Source: Mytilus edulis
Lineage: Eukaryota
Length of the DNA: 64,000 nucleotides
Assembly (NCBI RefSeq): GCF_963676685.1
Contig: NC_092346.1
Coordinates: 103,478,001 to 103,542,000, forward strand
Reading direction: 5' to 3'
Both the position numbers and the translations under genes were made by a program. Position 1 is the stretch's first letter; each line of letters begins with the position of its first letter. Positions 12,273-26,189 of the stretch are shown piece after piece. The notes under the pieces were generated by a model. It worked only from the letters and a program-made list of their open reading frames with translations, had not been told where the DNA came from and searched no databases.

Positions 12273-13670
12273 ATAAAGGGCTGCGCTTTATCGCATGATA
12301 CGCCCGTTGCTCTTTTAACTTGTCTTTTATGCTTTAAATGAATTTATATGATCAACTAGAAATATTTATACTGCAATCAGCTATTTTACTATACAGATAA
12401 AGCTATACGTATAAACGTTAGCTTTATACGTCAATGACCTCAACTCACCTATAAGCCCCGCCTACTTACAACGTCACGTCACAACCATGACAACGTGTAG
12501 TAACAATGGTCAAACTTTTATGAATTTAAACCTGTTTTGTCTTCAAATTGATAATTTATATACCATGTTTATCAAATGCTATTAATTAAATTCATTTTCC
12601 CTTTCTAATTCCTTAAATTGTCAATGCTTACCGCCTAGACTACGCTCATAGGGAAATACCCCAAAATGGTACCCCAAGGGGGAAATTCCAAACACTTTTT
12701 TTTTAATAATATTTGTTTCATATTTTTATTATTTTTTTATTATTTTATCGATTTCAGTATAAAAACAATATACGTATAGTGTCTTGAAATATGAAATTTA
12801 TTTGTATTCGGCACGAAACGGGAAAATGCTCGGTAGAACCTCGCATTTTCCCGTTTCTAAGCCTCATACAAATAAATTTCATATTTCAAGACACTATACG
12901 TATATTGTCTAAATATACATTAATATATTCACCAAAGTTTCATAAAATCCCCCTTTTTTAAGTATAAAAATTCATTACTTAAGGAAACGTAAAATCTAAA
13001 ATTTATAAAAATGGAAAGGGAGCTTATGTCAATAGATATAAACAATTTATCAAAGTTGCATAAAATTTTGTGACAGTGTTAGTTATTGTCCCAAAATTGG
13101 AAATTCCCCCCTTTTTTAAGCATAAAAATTCATAACACGGAAATGTAAAATCTGAATTTATAAAAATTGAAAAGGGGCGTACATCAATAGATATAAACTA
13201 TTCACCATAGTTTCATGGACATTGGTGAAAGCCTTTTTGAGTTATTGTCCGAAGTGTTGAAAATCCACCTTTTTTTTATGAATAAAGCCCCATAAATCCA
13301 AAACTTAAAATCTGAAATTTATAAAAATTGAAAGGGAGCTTACATCAATAGATATAAACAATTCACCAAAGTTTCATGGACATTGGTGAAAGCCTTTTTG
13401 AGTTATTGTCCGAAGTGTTGAAAATCCCCCTTTTTTTATGAATAAAGCCCAATAAATCCAAAACTTAAAATCTGAAATAAAAAAAAAACGAAAGGGAGCT
13501 TACGTCAATAGATATAAACAATTCACTTAAGTTTCATGGAAATTGGTGAAAGTGTTTTTGAGTTATTGTCCGAAGTGTGGACGACGGACGACGGACGGAC
13601 GGACGGACAGACGGACGGACAACGGTATACCATAATACGTCCCGTCTAAAAGACGACGGGCGTATAAAAA
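12273..13670. mobile_element. Helentron-associated (HINE/DINE-1/pearl-like) element, copy 1
   Basis: Subterminal IR atacgcccgt/acgggcgtat, ~160-bp core repeats, (GGAC)n microsatellite, terminal hairpin, A-run; second copy at 37271-38585. Confidence 0.8.
12765..12908. repeat. Near-perfect 144-bp palindrome inside HINE copy 1
   Basis: acaatatacgtatagtgtcttgaaatatgaaatttatttgtat ... atacaaataaatttcatatttcaagacactatacgtatattgt. Confidence 0.85.
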
Positions 13671-13736
13671 CTATGTGAATTAAGTTTTTTATCCTACATT
13701 GAACTTTTGATGTCGTCCCTAACTATTTTGATATAA

Positions 13737-13780
13737 GCGTCACTGATGAGACTTATGTAGACAAAACACATGCATGGCGT
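13737..13780 (+). ncRNA. Degenerate type I hammerhead ribozyme remnant within a short repeat
   Basis: gcgtca CTGATGA gac ttatgta gac AAAAC acatgca tggcgt: stem I and CUGAUGA retained, GAAA and cleavage triplet mutated. Confidence 0.45.
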
Positions 13781-14829
13781 ACTAAATTATAGTCCTGGTA
13801 GCTTTGATAACTATCTACTTCAAATCTTTAAAAACTTCAAAGTCATAAAAATGTAAAAATATGAAGAAAAAAAGTTTCACACCTTTAAACTTTAAAAAAA
13901 AACTAGAACACTTCCTTTAAATTAAATGCTGAAAATAAAATGTATTTCACTAGACGGTATATACCTACTTATATATAAGCAGTATTAGACCAAGTCTTAC
14001 TCCACATCCATGTAAACATTGTCGCTGAAATAACATACAGAAGAATTGAAATTTAACATGAATATATATTTTTACAAATCTATTAAATCGGCCTAAAATT
14101 TAGTTTTCTATTAACATTTTTTTTAATTTAAATTTCAACCTCAATTTATTTTTACTATATGCTCTTTTAGTTATCTTTCATTGAATTAAAACTTCCCTTT
14201 GAAGGGAAATCCTATCTCAGATTCCTTTTTCATATCTAAAAATTTTATTCCTGAAAAATGGTTACAAAAAACTCAAGAATGTCAAACCAGAAAACATTGG
14301 GCTAAAACCCAGTTTAATTTTGGAGGATTCACTTCTGCTAATGCCCACATGAGAAAGTCAACCTACTCTCTTAACAAAAATTTTCTTGCTAGATTAATTT
14401 TGATAGACTTTTACTGACATATGCAATGGAATTGAAGTTTTATGCCAAATTGGCTCAGCTGAACCAAAATTGTGAATGGGAAGAGGGTATATAATATCTC
14501 ACACTATCAGTCTTATACCTTCCAAGAAAGATTCCAAAAAACATTCTAGTCTAAAGGATAGCTGACCTAAGATCTTCTGCTTCACCCCATTGAAGAAAAC
14601 CAAAGTGGTGATGTACAGATTGTGAAGATTGATGTCCAACATACTGATGGTGTCAGGATAGTTATATCTCACACTGTCATTCTAAGGCCTTCCTTATGGA
14701 GGATCCTTGACAATCTTCTAGTCATGATGACAGCTGAACCCAAATCTTCTGCTTCATCTCATGACAGAAAACCAACATGATGAATTGGAAGACAGTAGAG
14801 GATCCTAGACTGTAGAGGTTGATGTCTAA

Positions 14830-17800
14830 AACATTATTGGTGTCAGGATGGTTATATCTGACACTATCAGTCTAACGCCTTCCTTATAAAGGATCACAGA
14901 CAATCATATAGTCAAGAGTATAGTCTTTGAAGATTGATGTCCAGGATACAGATGGTGTCAGGATGGTTATATCTCACACTATCAGTCTAACGCCTTCCTT
15001 ATAAAGGATCCTAGACAATCATATAGTCAAGAGTATAGTCTTTGAAGATTGATGTCCACGATACTGATGGTGTCAGGATGGTTATATCTGACACTATCAG
15101 TCTAATGCCTTCCATATGGAGGATCCTAGACAATCTTCTAGTCAAGAGTACAGTCTTTGAAGATTGATGTCCAGGATACAGATAGTGTCAGGATGGTTAT
15201 ATCTGGCACTATCAGTCTAATGCCTTCCTTATGAAGGATCCTTGACAATCTTCTAGTCAAGAGTAAAGTCTTTGAAGATTGATGTCCAGGATACTGATGG
15301 TGTCAGGATGGTTATATCTGACACTATCAGTCTAATGCCTTCCATATGCAGGATCCTAGACAATCTTCTAGTCAAGAGTACAGTCTTTGAAGATTGATGT
15401 CCAGGATACTGATGGTGTCCGGATGGTTATATCTCACACTAACAGTATAATGCCTTCCTTATAAAGGATCCTAGACAATCTTCTAGTCAAGAGTGTAGTC
15501 TTTGAAGATTGATTTCCAGGATACTGATGGTGTCAGGATGGTTATATCTGACACTATCAGTCTAAAGCCTTCCATATGCAGGATCCTAGACAATCTTCAA
15601 GTCAAGAGTACAGTCTTTGAAGATTGATGTCCAGGCTACTGATGGTGTCAGGATGGTTATATCTGACACTATCAGTCTAATGCCTTCCTTATAAAGGATC
15701 CTAGACAATCTTCTAGTCAAGAGTGTAGTCTTTGAAGATTGATGTCCAGGATACAGATGGTGTCAGGATGGTTATATCTGACACTATCAGTCTAATGCCT
15801 TCCATATGGAGGATCCTAGACAATCTTCAAGTCAAGAGTACAGTCTTTGAAGATTGATGTCCAGGCTACTGATGGTGTCAGGATGGTTATATCTGACACT
15901 ATCAGTCTAATGCCTTCCTTATAAAGGATCCTAGACAATCTTCTAGTCAAGAGTGTAGTCTTTGAAGATTGATGTCCAGGATACAGATGGTGTCAGGATG
16001 GTTATATCTGACACTATCGGTATAATGCCTTCCTTATGAAGGATCCTAGACAATCTTCTGCTTCATCTCATGACAGAAAACCAACATGATGAATTGGAAG
16101 ACAGTAGAGGATCCTAGACTGTAGAGGTTGATGTCTAAAACATTATTGGTGTCAGGATGGTTATATCTGACACTATCAGTCTAATGCCTTCCTTATAAAG
16201 GATCCTAGACAATCATATAGTCAAGAGTATAGTCTTTGAAGATTGATGTACAGGATACTGATGGTGTCAGGATGGTTATATCTGACACTATCAGTCTAAC
16301 GCCTTCCTTATAAAGGATCACAGACAATCATATAGTCAAGAGTATAGTCTTTGAAGATTGATGTCCAGGATACTGATGGTGTCAGGATGGTTATATCTGA
16401 CACTATCAGTCTAACGCCTTCCTTATAAAGGATCACAGACAATCATATAGTCAAGAGTATAGTCTTTGAAGATTGATGTCCAGGATACTGGTGGTGTCAG
16501 GATGGTTATATCTGACACTATCAGTCAAATGCCTTCCATATGGAGGATCCTAGACAACTAGACAATCTTTAAGTCAAGAGTACAGTCTTTGAAGATTGAT
16601 GTCCAGGATACTGATGGTGTCAGGATGGTTATATCTGACACTATCAGTCTAATGCCTTCCTTATAAAGGATCACAGACAATCATATAGTCAAGAGTAAAG
16701 TCTTTGAAGATTGCTGTCCAGGATACTGATGGTGTCAGGATGGTTATATCTGACACTATCAGTCAAATGCCTTCCATATGGAGGATCCTAGACAACTAGA
16801 CAATCTTCAAGTCAAGAGTACAGTCTTTGAAGATTGATGTCCAGGATACTGATGGTGTAGGATTGTTATATCTGACACTATCAGTCTAATGCCTTCCTTA
16901 TGAAGGATCCTAGACAATCTTCTAGTCAAGAGTAAAGTCTTTGAAGATTGCTGTCCAGGATACTGATGGTGTCAGGATGGTTATATCTGACACCATCAGT
17001 CTAATGCCTTCCTTATGAAGGATCCTAGACAATCTTCTAGTCAAGAGTAAAGTCTTTGAAGATTGCTGTCCAGGATACTGATGGTGTCAGGATGGTTATA
17101 TCTGACACTATCAGTCAAATGCCTTCCATATGGAGGATCCTAGACAATCCTCAAGTCAAGAGTACAGTCTTTGAAGATTGATGTCCAGGATACTGATGGT
17201 GTCAGGATGGTTATATCTGACACTATCAGTCTAATGGCTTCCTTATAAAGGATCCTAGACAATCTTCTAGTCAAGAGTAAAGTCTTTGAAGATTGATGTC
17301 CAGGATACAGATGGTGTCAGGATGGTTATATCTGACACTATCAGTCTAATGCCTTCCTTATGAAGGATCCTAGACAATCTTCTAGTCAAGAGTACAGTCT
17401 TTGAAGATTGCTGTCCAGGATACTGATGGTGTCAGGATGGTTATATCTGACACTATCAGTCTAATGCCTTCCATATGGTGGATCCTAGACAATCTTCAAG
17501 TCAAGAGTAAAGTCTTTGAAGATTGATGTCCAGGATACAGATGGTGTCAGGATTGTTATAGCTGACACTATCAGTCTAATGCCTTCCTTATTAAGGATCC
17601 TAGACAATCTTCTAGTCAAGAGTACAGTCTTTGAAGATTGATGTCCAGGATACTGATGGTGTCAGGATGGTTATACCTGACACTATCAGTCTAATGCCTT
17701 CCATATGGTGGATCCTAGACAATCTTCAAGTCAAGAGTACAGTCTTTGAAGATTGATGTCCAGGATACTGATGGTGTCAGGATTGTTATAGTTGACACTA

Positions 17801-20262
17801 TCAGTCTAATGCCTTCCATATGGAGGATCCTAGACAATCTTCTAGTCAAGAGTAAAGTCTTTGAAGATTGATGTCCAGGATACTGATGGTGTCAGGATGG
17901 TTATATCTGACACTATCAGTCTAATGCCTTCCTTATAAAGGATCCTAGACAATCTTCTAGTCAAGAGTACAGTCTTTGAAGATTGATGTACAGGATACTG
18001 ATGGTGTCAGGATGGTTATATCTCACACTATCAGTCAAATGCCTTCCATATGGTGGATCCTAGACAATCGTCTAGTCAAGAGTGTAGTCTTTGAAGATTG
18101 ATGTCCAGGCTACTGATGGTGTGAGGATCGTTATATCTCACACTATCAGTCTAATGCCTTCCTTATAAAGGATCATAGACAATCTTCTAGTCAAGAGTAC
18201 AGTCTTTGAAGATTGATGTCCAGGATATTGATGGTGTCAGGATGGTTATATCTGACACTATCAGTCTAATGCCTTCCTTATAAAGGATCCTAGACAATCT
18301 TCTAGTCAAGAGTACAGTCTTTGAAGATTGATGTCCAGGATATTGATGGTGTCAGGATGGTTATATCTGACACTATCAGTCTAAAGCCTTCCATATGGTG
18401 GATCCTAGACAATCTTCAAGTCAAGAGTACAGTCTTTGAAGATTGATGTCCAGGATACTGATGGTGTCAGGATTGTTATAGCTGACACTATCAGTCTAAT
18501 GCCTTCCTTATGGAGGATCCTAGACAATCTTCTAGTCAAGAGTGCAGTCTTTGAAGATTGATGTCCAGGATACTGATGGTGTCAGGATGGTTATAGCTGA
18601 CACTATCAGTCTAATGCCTTCCATATGGTGGATCCTAGACAATCTTCAAGTCAAGAGTACAGTCTTTGAAGATTGATGTCCAGGATACTGATGGTGTCAG
18701 GATTGTTATAGCTGACACTATCAGTCTAATGCCTTCCTTATGGAGGATCCTAGACAATCTTCTAGTCAAGAGTGCAGTCTTTGAAGATTGATGTCCAGGA
18801 TACTGATGGTGTCAGGATTGTTATAGCTGACACTATCAGTCTAATGCCTTCCTTATGGAGGATCCTAGACAATCTTCTAGTCAAGAGTGCAGTCTTTGAA
18901 GATTGATGTCCAGGATATTGATGGTGTCAGGATGGTTATATCTGACACTATCAGTCTAAAGCCTTCCATATGGTGGATCCTAGACAATCTTCAAGTCAAG
19001 AGTACAGTCTTTGAAGATTGATGTCCAGGATATTGATGGTGTCAGGATGGTTATATCTGACACTATCAGTCTAATGCCTTCCTTATAAAGGATCCTAGAC
19101 AATCTTCTAGTCAAGAGTACAGTCTTTGAAGATTGATGTCCAGGATATTGATGGTGTCAGGATGGTTATATCTGACACTATCAGTCTAATGCCTTCCTTA
19201 TGGTGGATCCTAGACAATCTTCAAGTCAAGAGTACAGTCTTTGAAGATTGATGTCCAGGATACTGATGGTGTCAGGATTGTTATAGCTGACACTATCAGT
19301 CTAATGCCTTCCTTATGGAGGATCCTAGACAATCTTCTAGTCAAGAGTGCAGTCTTTGAAGATTGATGTCCAGGATACTGATGGTGTCAGGATTGTTATA
19401 GCTGACACTATCAGTCTAATGCCTTCCTTATGGAGGATCCTAGACAATCTTCTAGTCAAGAGTGCAGTCTTTGAAGATTGATGTCCAGGATATTGATGGT
19501 GTCAGGATGGTTATATCTGACACTATCAGTCTAAAGCCTTCCATATGGTGGATCCTAGACAATCTTCAAGTCAAGAGTACAGTCTTTGAAGATTGATGTC
19601 CAGGATATTGATGGTGTCAGGATGGTTATATCTGACACTATCAGTCTAATGCCTTCCTTATAAAGGATCCTAGACAATCTTCTAGTCAAGAGTACAGTCT
19701 TTGAAGATTGATGTCCAGGATATTGATGGTGTCAGGATGGTTATATCTGACACTATCAGTCTAAAGCCTTCCATATGGTGGATCCTAGACAATCTTCAAG
19801 TCAAGAGTACAGTCTTTGAAGATTGATGTCCAGGATACTGATGGTGTCAGGATTGTTATAGCTGACACTATCAGTCTAATGCCTTCCTTATGGAGGATCC
19901 TAGACAATCTTCTAGTCAAGAGTGCAGTCTTTGAAGATTGATGTCCAGGATACTGATGGTGTCAGGATTGTTATAGCTGACACTATCAGTCTAATGCCTT
20001 CCTTATGGAGGATCCTAGACAATCTTCTAGTCAAGAGTGCAGTCTTTGAAGATTGATGTCCAGGATACTGATGGTGTCAGGATGGTTATATCTGACACTA
20101 TCAGTCTAATGCCTTCCATATGGTGGATCCTAGACAATCTTCAAGTCAAGAGTACAGTCTTTGAAGATTGATGTCCAGGATACTGATGGTGTCAGGATGG
20201 TTATATCTGACACTATCAGTCTCATGACTTCCTTATGAAGGATCCTTGACAATCTTCTAGTC
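14830..20262. repeat. Tandem array of a 115-bp unit (~46-47 copies); longer, more diverged units at ~14490-14830
   Basis: Period 115 (agtctttgaa at 17281, 17396, 17511); units carry GGATCC and the IR actgatggtgtcag / ctgacactatcagt. Confidence 0.95.
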
Positions 20263-20689
20263 AAAAGAAAGGTTGATCATAAAATCGTCAGCGTCATTCA
20301 AAGGCAAAATAACAAATAAGCCAAAGTGGTGATTGGGGAAAAGCAAATTTGCTACTGTTCTACAATCAAATTTCAGAAGGTAGTTTAGCTGATTTTCCTC
20401 AACAATGTTTAGAACTTCAGTTCCATTGGATCTGTCTATCAAAATAGGATCTGCGTATGAAAATCTTTTTTTAAAATGGTAGGGATAACTCATATATGCC
20501 TATAGCAGAAGTGAAATCTCCAATTTTATCAAGTTTATATCCCCCTGTTTTCTAGAGCAGTAACATCCAATGTCTTTTGCACAGCTGAATACTTACCATC
20601 ATAAAGCACAGGTCCTACCCGAAATTCAGCACAATATCTATAATTTTGATGAACAATAAAATAAAATGCATGACTACAAAAAAATATGT

Positions 20690-20915
20690 GTTACATATTT
20701 GTTTTTCGTTCATTTTTTTTACATAAATAAGGCCGTTAGTTTTCTCGTTTGAATTGTTTTACATTGTCTTATCTGGGCCTTTTATAGCTGACTATGCGGT
20801 ATAGGCTTTGCTCATGGTTGAAGGCCGTACGGTGACCTATAGTTATTAATGTCTGTCATTTTTGTCTTTTGTGGATAGTTGTCTCATTGTCAATCATACC
20901 ACATCTTCTTTTTTA
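20690..20915 (-). repeat. Common SINE-like dispersed repeat
   Basis: aaaaagaagatgtggtatgattgccaatgagacaac family, also at ~30643-30790, ~34730-34870, ~41830-41885 and ~51070-51260. Confidence 0.65.
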
Positions 20916-21636
20916 TATCATCCTACAAACAAAGATGGTGGTCCCCTTGTACTGACGGTACTAAGAATACAGTTGAAGATTTAGGTTATAAGTATTATAC
21001 CTTGTGGTGATTGTAATTCATTATTGTACCAACAATAAGCCAATAGACTTATATTAATTTAACGATTTTTGACCTTGGAGAATATATTTTATCTACAGGT
21101 TACCTTTTCTGCGGAAGGACATCCTGATACTCGCTTTAGGAAGAGCAACCTAAAGGAGTAAAATCAATTTTTAATCAGTATCATCGGTATACAATCCATG
21201 CTGTCAGGCAGACATATACACCTTCCAATATTTCAATACACAAATTATAATTGACCTATTGATTATTATAATAGAAAAAACGACAAAAAAAGGAGAAAAA
21301 ATAATATTGACCAAAGTTCCATGAGGTCAAGGTAATAAAATTTTATTTCTGGATACAATCTTATTATCATAAACAATCTTCTATCCAAGTTAGGTAGAAA
21401 ATCAGGATATTTTAAGAAAGTTATTAAAATTTCAGAGTAAATATTTGTGGAAGCCGCCACCTTTTAAGACAACAATGACAGAACATAGAATTGCTTTGTC
21501 TTGCTTTTTTGTCCTAAGCTCAACAAAAATAGTGCTAAAAAGGTCAAATGTTATAAACTAACCTGTTTGCTTGTACTGGCCAGCTGAGCTGTGGATTATC
21601 TGGACTAAAGGAGTCTGTAGACCAAGACAAATGCCA

Positions 21637-21816
21637 ACTGTAAGACACCTGACTCTTCCTTTCCATATACCAACTGTAAGACACCTGCCTCTCCCTTTCC
21701 ATATACCCACTGTAAGACACCTGCCTCTCCCTTTCCATGTACCCACTGTAAGACACCTGACTCTTCCTTTCGATGTACCCACTGTAAGACACCTGACTCT
21801 TCCTTTCGATATACCA
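21637..21816. repeat. 36-bp minisatellite, 5 copies
   Basis: actgtaagacacctgactcttcctttccatatacca units. Confidence 0.9.
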
Positions 21817-21974
21817 GTTTCAATTCTCTGTTATGACTTTGGCATGAGGTATCCAGCCAAGTTGTTATTTTTTTAAAAAGAATAAAAAAAAGGTAATTAA
21901 AATGTGGAAAGTAAAATATTCCATTTACAATTTTGAAGTTTTGTAATTTACAAACATTTAGAGACAGTTATTCA

Positions 21975-23725
21975 TCCCTATTTAAAAACTTTACAAAAAT
22001 ATTAAATCATCCCCATTTAAAAACTTTGCAAAAATATTAAATCATCCCCATTTAAAAACTTTACAAAAATTTTAAATCATCCCCATTTAAAAACTTTACA
22101 AAAATTTTAAATCATCCCCATTTAAAAACTTTACAAAAATTTTAAATCATCATTATTAAAAAACTTTACAAAAATATTAAATCATCCCCATTTAAAAACT
22201 TTACAAAAATATCAAATCATCCCCATTCAAAAACTTTACAAAAATATTAAATCATCCCCATTTAAAAACTTTACAAAAATATTAAATAAATCATCCCCAT
22301 TTAAAAACTTTACAAAAATATTAAATCATCCCCATTTAAAACTTTACAAAAAAAGTTACACATTCCCATTTAAAAGCTTTACAAAAAACAGTTAATCTTT
22401 ACAGTTAAACATCCCCATTTAAAAACTTTTTTGAAAAACAATTAAACATCCCCATTTAAAAACTTTTTCGAAAAACAATTAAACATCCCCATTTAAAAAC
22501 TTTACAAAAACAATTAAACATCCCCATTTAAAAACTTTTTCGAAAAACAATTAAACATCCCCATTTAAAAACTTTTTCGAAAAACTATTAAACATCCCCA
22601 TTTAAAAACTTTATAAAAACAATTAAACATCCCCATTTAAAAAACTTTACAAAAAACAGTAAACTTTCCCCATTTAAAAACTTTACAATAAACAGTAAAA
22701 TATCCCCTTTTAAAACTTCTACAAAAACAGTTAAACATTCTCTTTAAAAAAACTTTTACAAAAACAATTAAACATCCCAATTTAAAAACTTTACAATCAC
22801 AGTAAGTCATCCCAATTAATACAAAACAGTTAAATGTCCCACTTCAAAAACTTTACAAAAACAGTTAAATATTTCCATTCAAAAACTTTACAAAAACAGT
22901 AAAAACATCCCCATTTAAAAACTTTACAAAAACAATTAAACTTCCCATTTAAAAACTGAACATTAAACAGTAAAACATCACCTTTTAAAACTTTACAAGG
23001 AACAGTTAAACATCCCCATTTAAAAACTTTACAAAAACAGTTAAATATCCCAATTTAAAAACTTTACAATAAACAGAAAAACATCCCCTTTTAAAACTTT
23101 TACAAAAGCAGTTAAACATCTTCTTTTAAAACTTTTACAAAAACAGTTAAGCATCCCAATTTAATTTTTTTTACAAAAACAGTAAATCATCCCAATTTAA
23201 AAACTTTACAAAACCAGTTAACATCCCAAATTTGAAAACTGTACAAAAAAAGTTAAACATCCCTTTTTGAAAACTTTACAAAACGGTTAAACGTCCCAAT
23301 TGAGAAACTTTACAAAAACAGTTAAACATCCCAATTTAATATCTTTACAAAAATAGTAAAACATCCCCATTTAAAAAATTAACAATAAACAGTAAATCAT
23401 CCCCTTATTAAACTTTTACAAAAACAGTAAAACATCCCCATTTAAAAACTTTACAAAAACAGTTTAACATCCCCATTTTAAAATTTTACAAAAACAGTTT
23501 AACATCTTCCATTAAAAACTTTACAAAAAACAGTTAAAACATTTCCATTTAAACTTTACAAAAACAGTTAAACATCCCCATTTGAAAGCTTTACAAAAAC
23601 GGTCAAACATCCTAATTCAAAAACTTTACAAAAACAGTTGAATATCCAAATTTAAAACTTTACAAAAACAGTTAAACATCCCCATTTGAAAGCTTTACAA
23701 AAACAGTTGAATATCCAAATTTAAA
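21975..23725. repeat. 35-bp AT-rich minisatellite, ~50 copies
   Basis: acatccccatttaaaaactttacaaaaacagttaa units. Confidence 0.9.
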
Positions 23726-26189
23726 CCAGTAATAGCGGTTACTTGGTACATATGGTGTGCTGTAGAATATATATGTTTTTTGGTCAAACTGAGACGCCTC
23801 AGTTTGTGGATGCGTTGTGGTACATATGTAGGGGACGTTACTATACCTAAATGGGAGGTATAGTATCTGTGAACCCTAAACACAGATGGCGACTTAACTT
23901 CCCATATCCAATCCAATGCTTACTTAAACATAATGTTTTGTTTTTCATGTCAGTCACCGAAAATAACTCTAATTATAACAACTGAAGAACCTACTGCAAT
24001 TCAATAATATCGGTACAATAAATTATAAGTTTTTTTCTTGTTATCATAATTGTCAAGTTTTACTAACCAGTCCATTATCACTGAACTAAGTAAATATTTT
24101 TGTTTAAGGGCCATCTGAAGCACGCCTCTGAGTGTCTGATTTTCTGGCTGTATTGAAGAGCCTTTATTGGAGCCTGCTGTTTTCTGCTCTTTGGTTGGGT
24201 TGTTGTCTCTTTGCCACATTCCCCATTTCCATTCTCAATTTCATTCTTAAAGGTTTTTGAAATTATGGGAAAAGTTGTGACCATAGGGTAAACACAGTGT
24301 GACAGAAACTCAACAATACAGCTCAAAAGAAATACATGAAGATGTCAAAACAGTTTATAACAGTAAACTATCATGACTTACAGTATTAATGGTATTCAAA
24401 TGTGGTGACTTTTCTTTTGTATTTAAATCCATGATAATTAATTATTGATTCATTATCTTTGATACATGGTCTTATGGAGTAAGTAATGTCTCATTGACAA
24501 TCATATCACATCTCCAGTCTCATCTTTGGCTGAGAGGACAACTGTATATTTTGTGTTCCTTACAAATGAAACAAGTGTGGTATTAACTCCAGTAAATCAA
24601 TCTATGAACACATATACAATGTGTCATACAAAAACATCTTATAGAATCTATAAAATAAAGATAATGGAAGGATACATATATACATTTTCCAAAGGTCTAT
24701 TTGTGTGGTATGTCTTTAAGCATATCAATCAAGAATCAGTATATAAGAATTATGCGATAAGTGGCATGAAAAAAAAACACACTTTTCTAACCTTTCTGTT
24801 TTCTTCTTTAATTGATTAAAGGTTACAATCATGTAACTATATATATAAAAACGTATTAAGAACAACCTTCAATTCATACACAGTTAGTATCTGAAACAAA
24901 TTTTCTTCAAATCACAAGAAGATATTCATGCCTTTAAATGTTTGTAACATCTGATTCTTTGCCTTGTCATACAAATGCTAGTCAGATACATCCACTCTTT
25001 GTAATAACAATCAAATATGAATTATTGTCTCATGATTCAGTGCTGTACTAAGACAATTTATTAAAAGGTGAACTCTTTGCTGCTGTGATTCCTCTTCAAG
25101 CAATATCTTGTTCTGAACTCTCTATATACTGAAAAATAAAAAAAATAAGATTCTTAATCCGTAACATTATGCTGCATGTTGGAATTAAATCATCCTAAAA
25201 CAAAACATTCATATGCAAAGTTCAGTTGAAACATTTTAAAATTAGTAAATGAACATGATTGTCGTTGGTTCAAGTTTGCCAAATTATTTTTTTTTTTCGT
25301 AAAATTTATTTTCTGTTCATCTTGTGGATAAATCTAACTCCTTTGTTTAATCCTTGGTTAAATGATAAGATTCACCCTTGCTTCAACAATAAAATGATAT
25401 ACATAAGAAAGATAATGTTTTTATCTATAATCAAATAGTGTATAATCAATACTGCAATCAATGCTACTTTTCAAACAAAAGGTGGTCTCTGTCACATCTG
25501 TGTTGTACTTGTTCTAAGAACTTGGATGCTGATAAGTGTATAGTTTTTTATAATTATAATTTTATTTTATTGTCATTAAACATTTACAATGTTTGTGTCA
25601 AGACAAGTTTAAACAAACAATAAACAACAAAATAAAAACAAAACATTATAAATTTGCATAACAAATATCATTGACTTAACATTAGCTGTTCATCTTAAAC
25701 TGATCTAATCACAAAGTAATACATGTTTACTAAGCAAAAGTTTCTAAGTGGATAGACCATAACTAAGGGGGCAGGACAAAATATTAACCATGGTAATGAG
25801 ATGTGCTAATGATTAACAACTGAATACCAATTAACATTTGCCTACCTTAAATGGTCCCCTTGAAATGACCCAATCACAAAATAATACAAGTTAACTTAGC
25901 AAAATTTTCGAAGACAATAGACCATGACTAAGGGGGTGGAGCTAAATAATCTTCATGAAATTGAGATATGCCATCGCTTATACAACTGCATACCAAATAT
26001 CATTAACTGACCTAATCACAAACTAAGACATGTAAGATAAAAAAAGTTTCAAGTCAATAGATCATGACTGAGGTGGCAGGGCCAAATAATCTTAATGGAA
26101 ATGAGATGTGCCAGTGCTAATACAACAGCATACCAAATATGATTGACCTACCACTTGTGGTTCACCATAAACGAAATTCTACTTTGATC

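Noticed and set aside
14830-20262. CRISPR array or hammerhead retrozyme array
   Set aside because: Whole units repeat with no unique spacers and there are no cas genes; CTGATGG is not followed by stem II plus GAAA, so there is no hammerhead core
14830-20262. Repetitive protein-coding region
   Set aside because: 115 is not a multiple of 3, and the ORF track shows no ORF across the array
21544-21876. Four overlapping ORFs as genes
   Set aside because: By-products of a 36-bp stop-poor minisatellite
24890-25130. Coding exon
   Set aside because: Good acceptor, but stops in all three minus-strand frames
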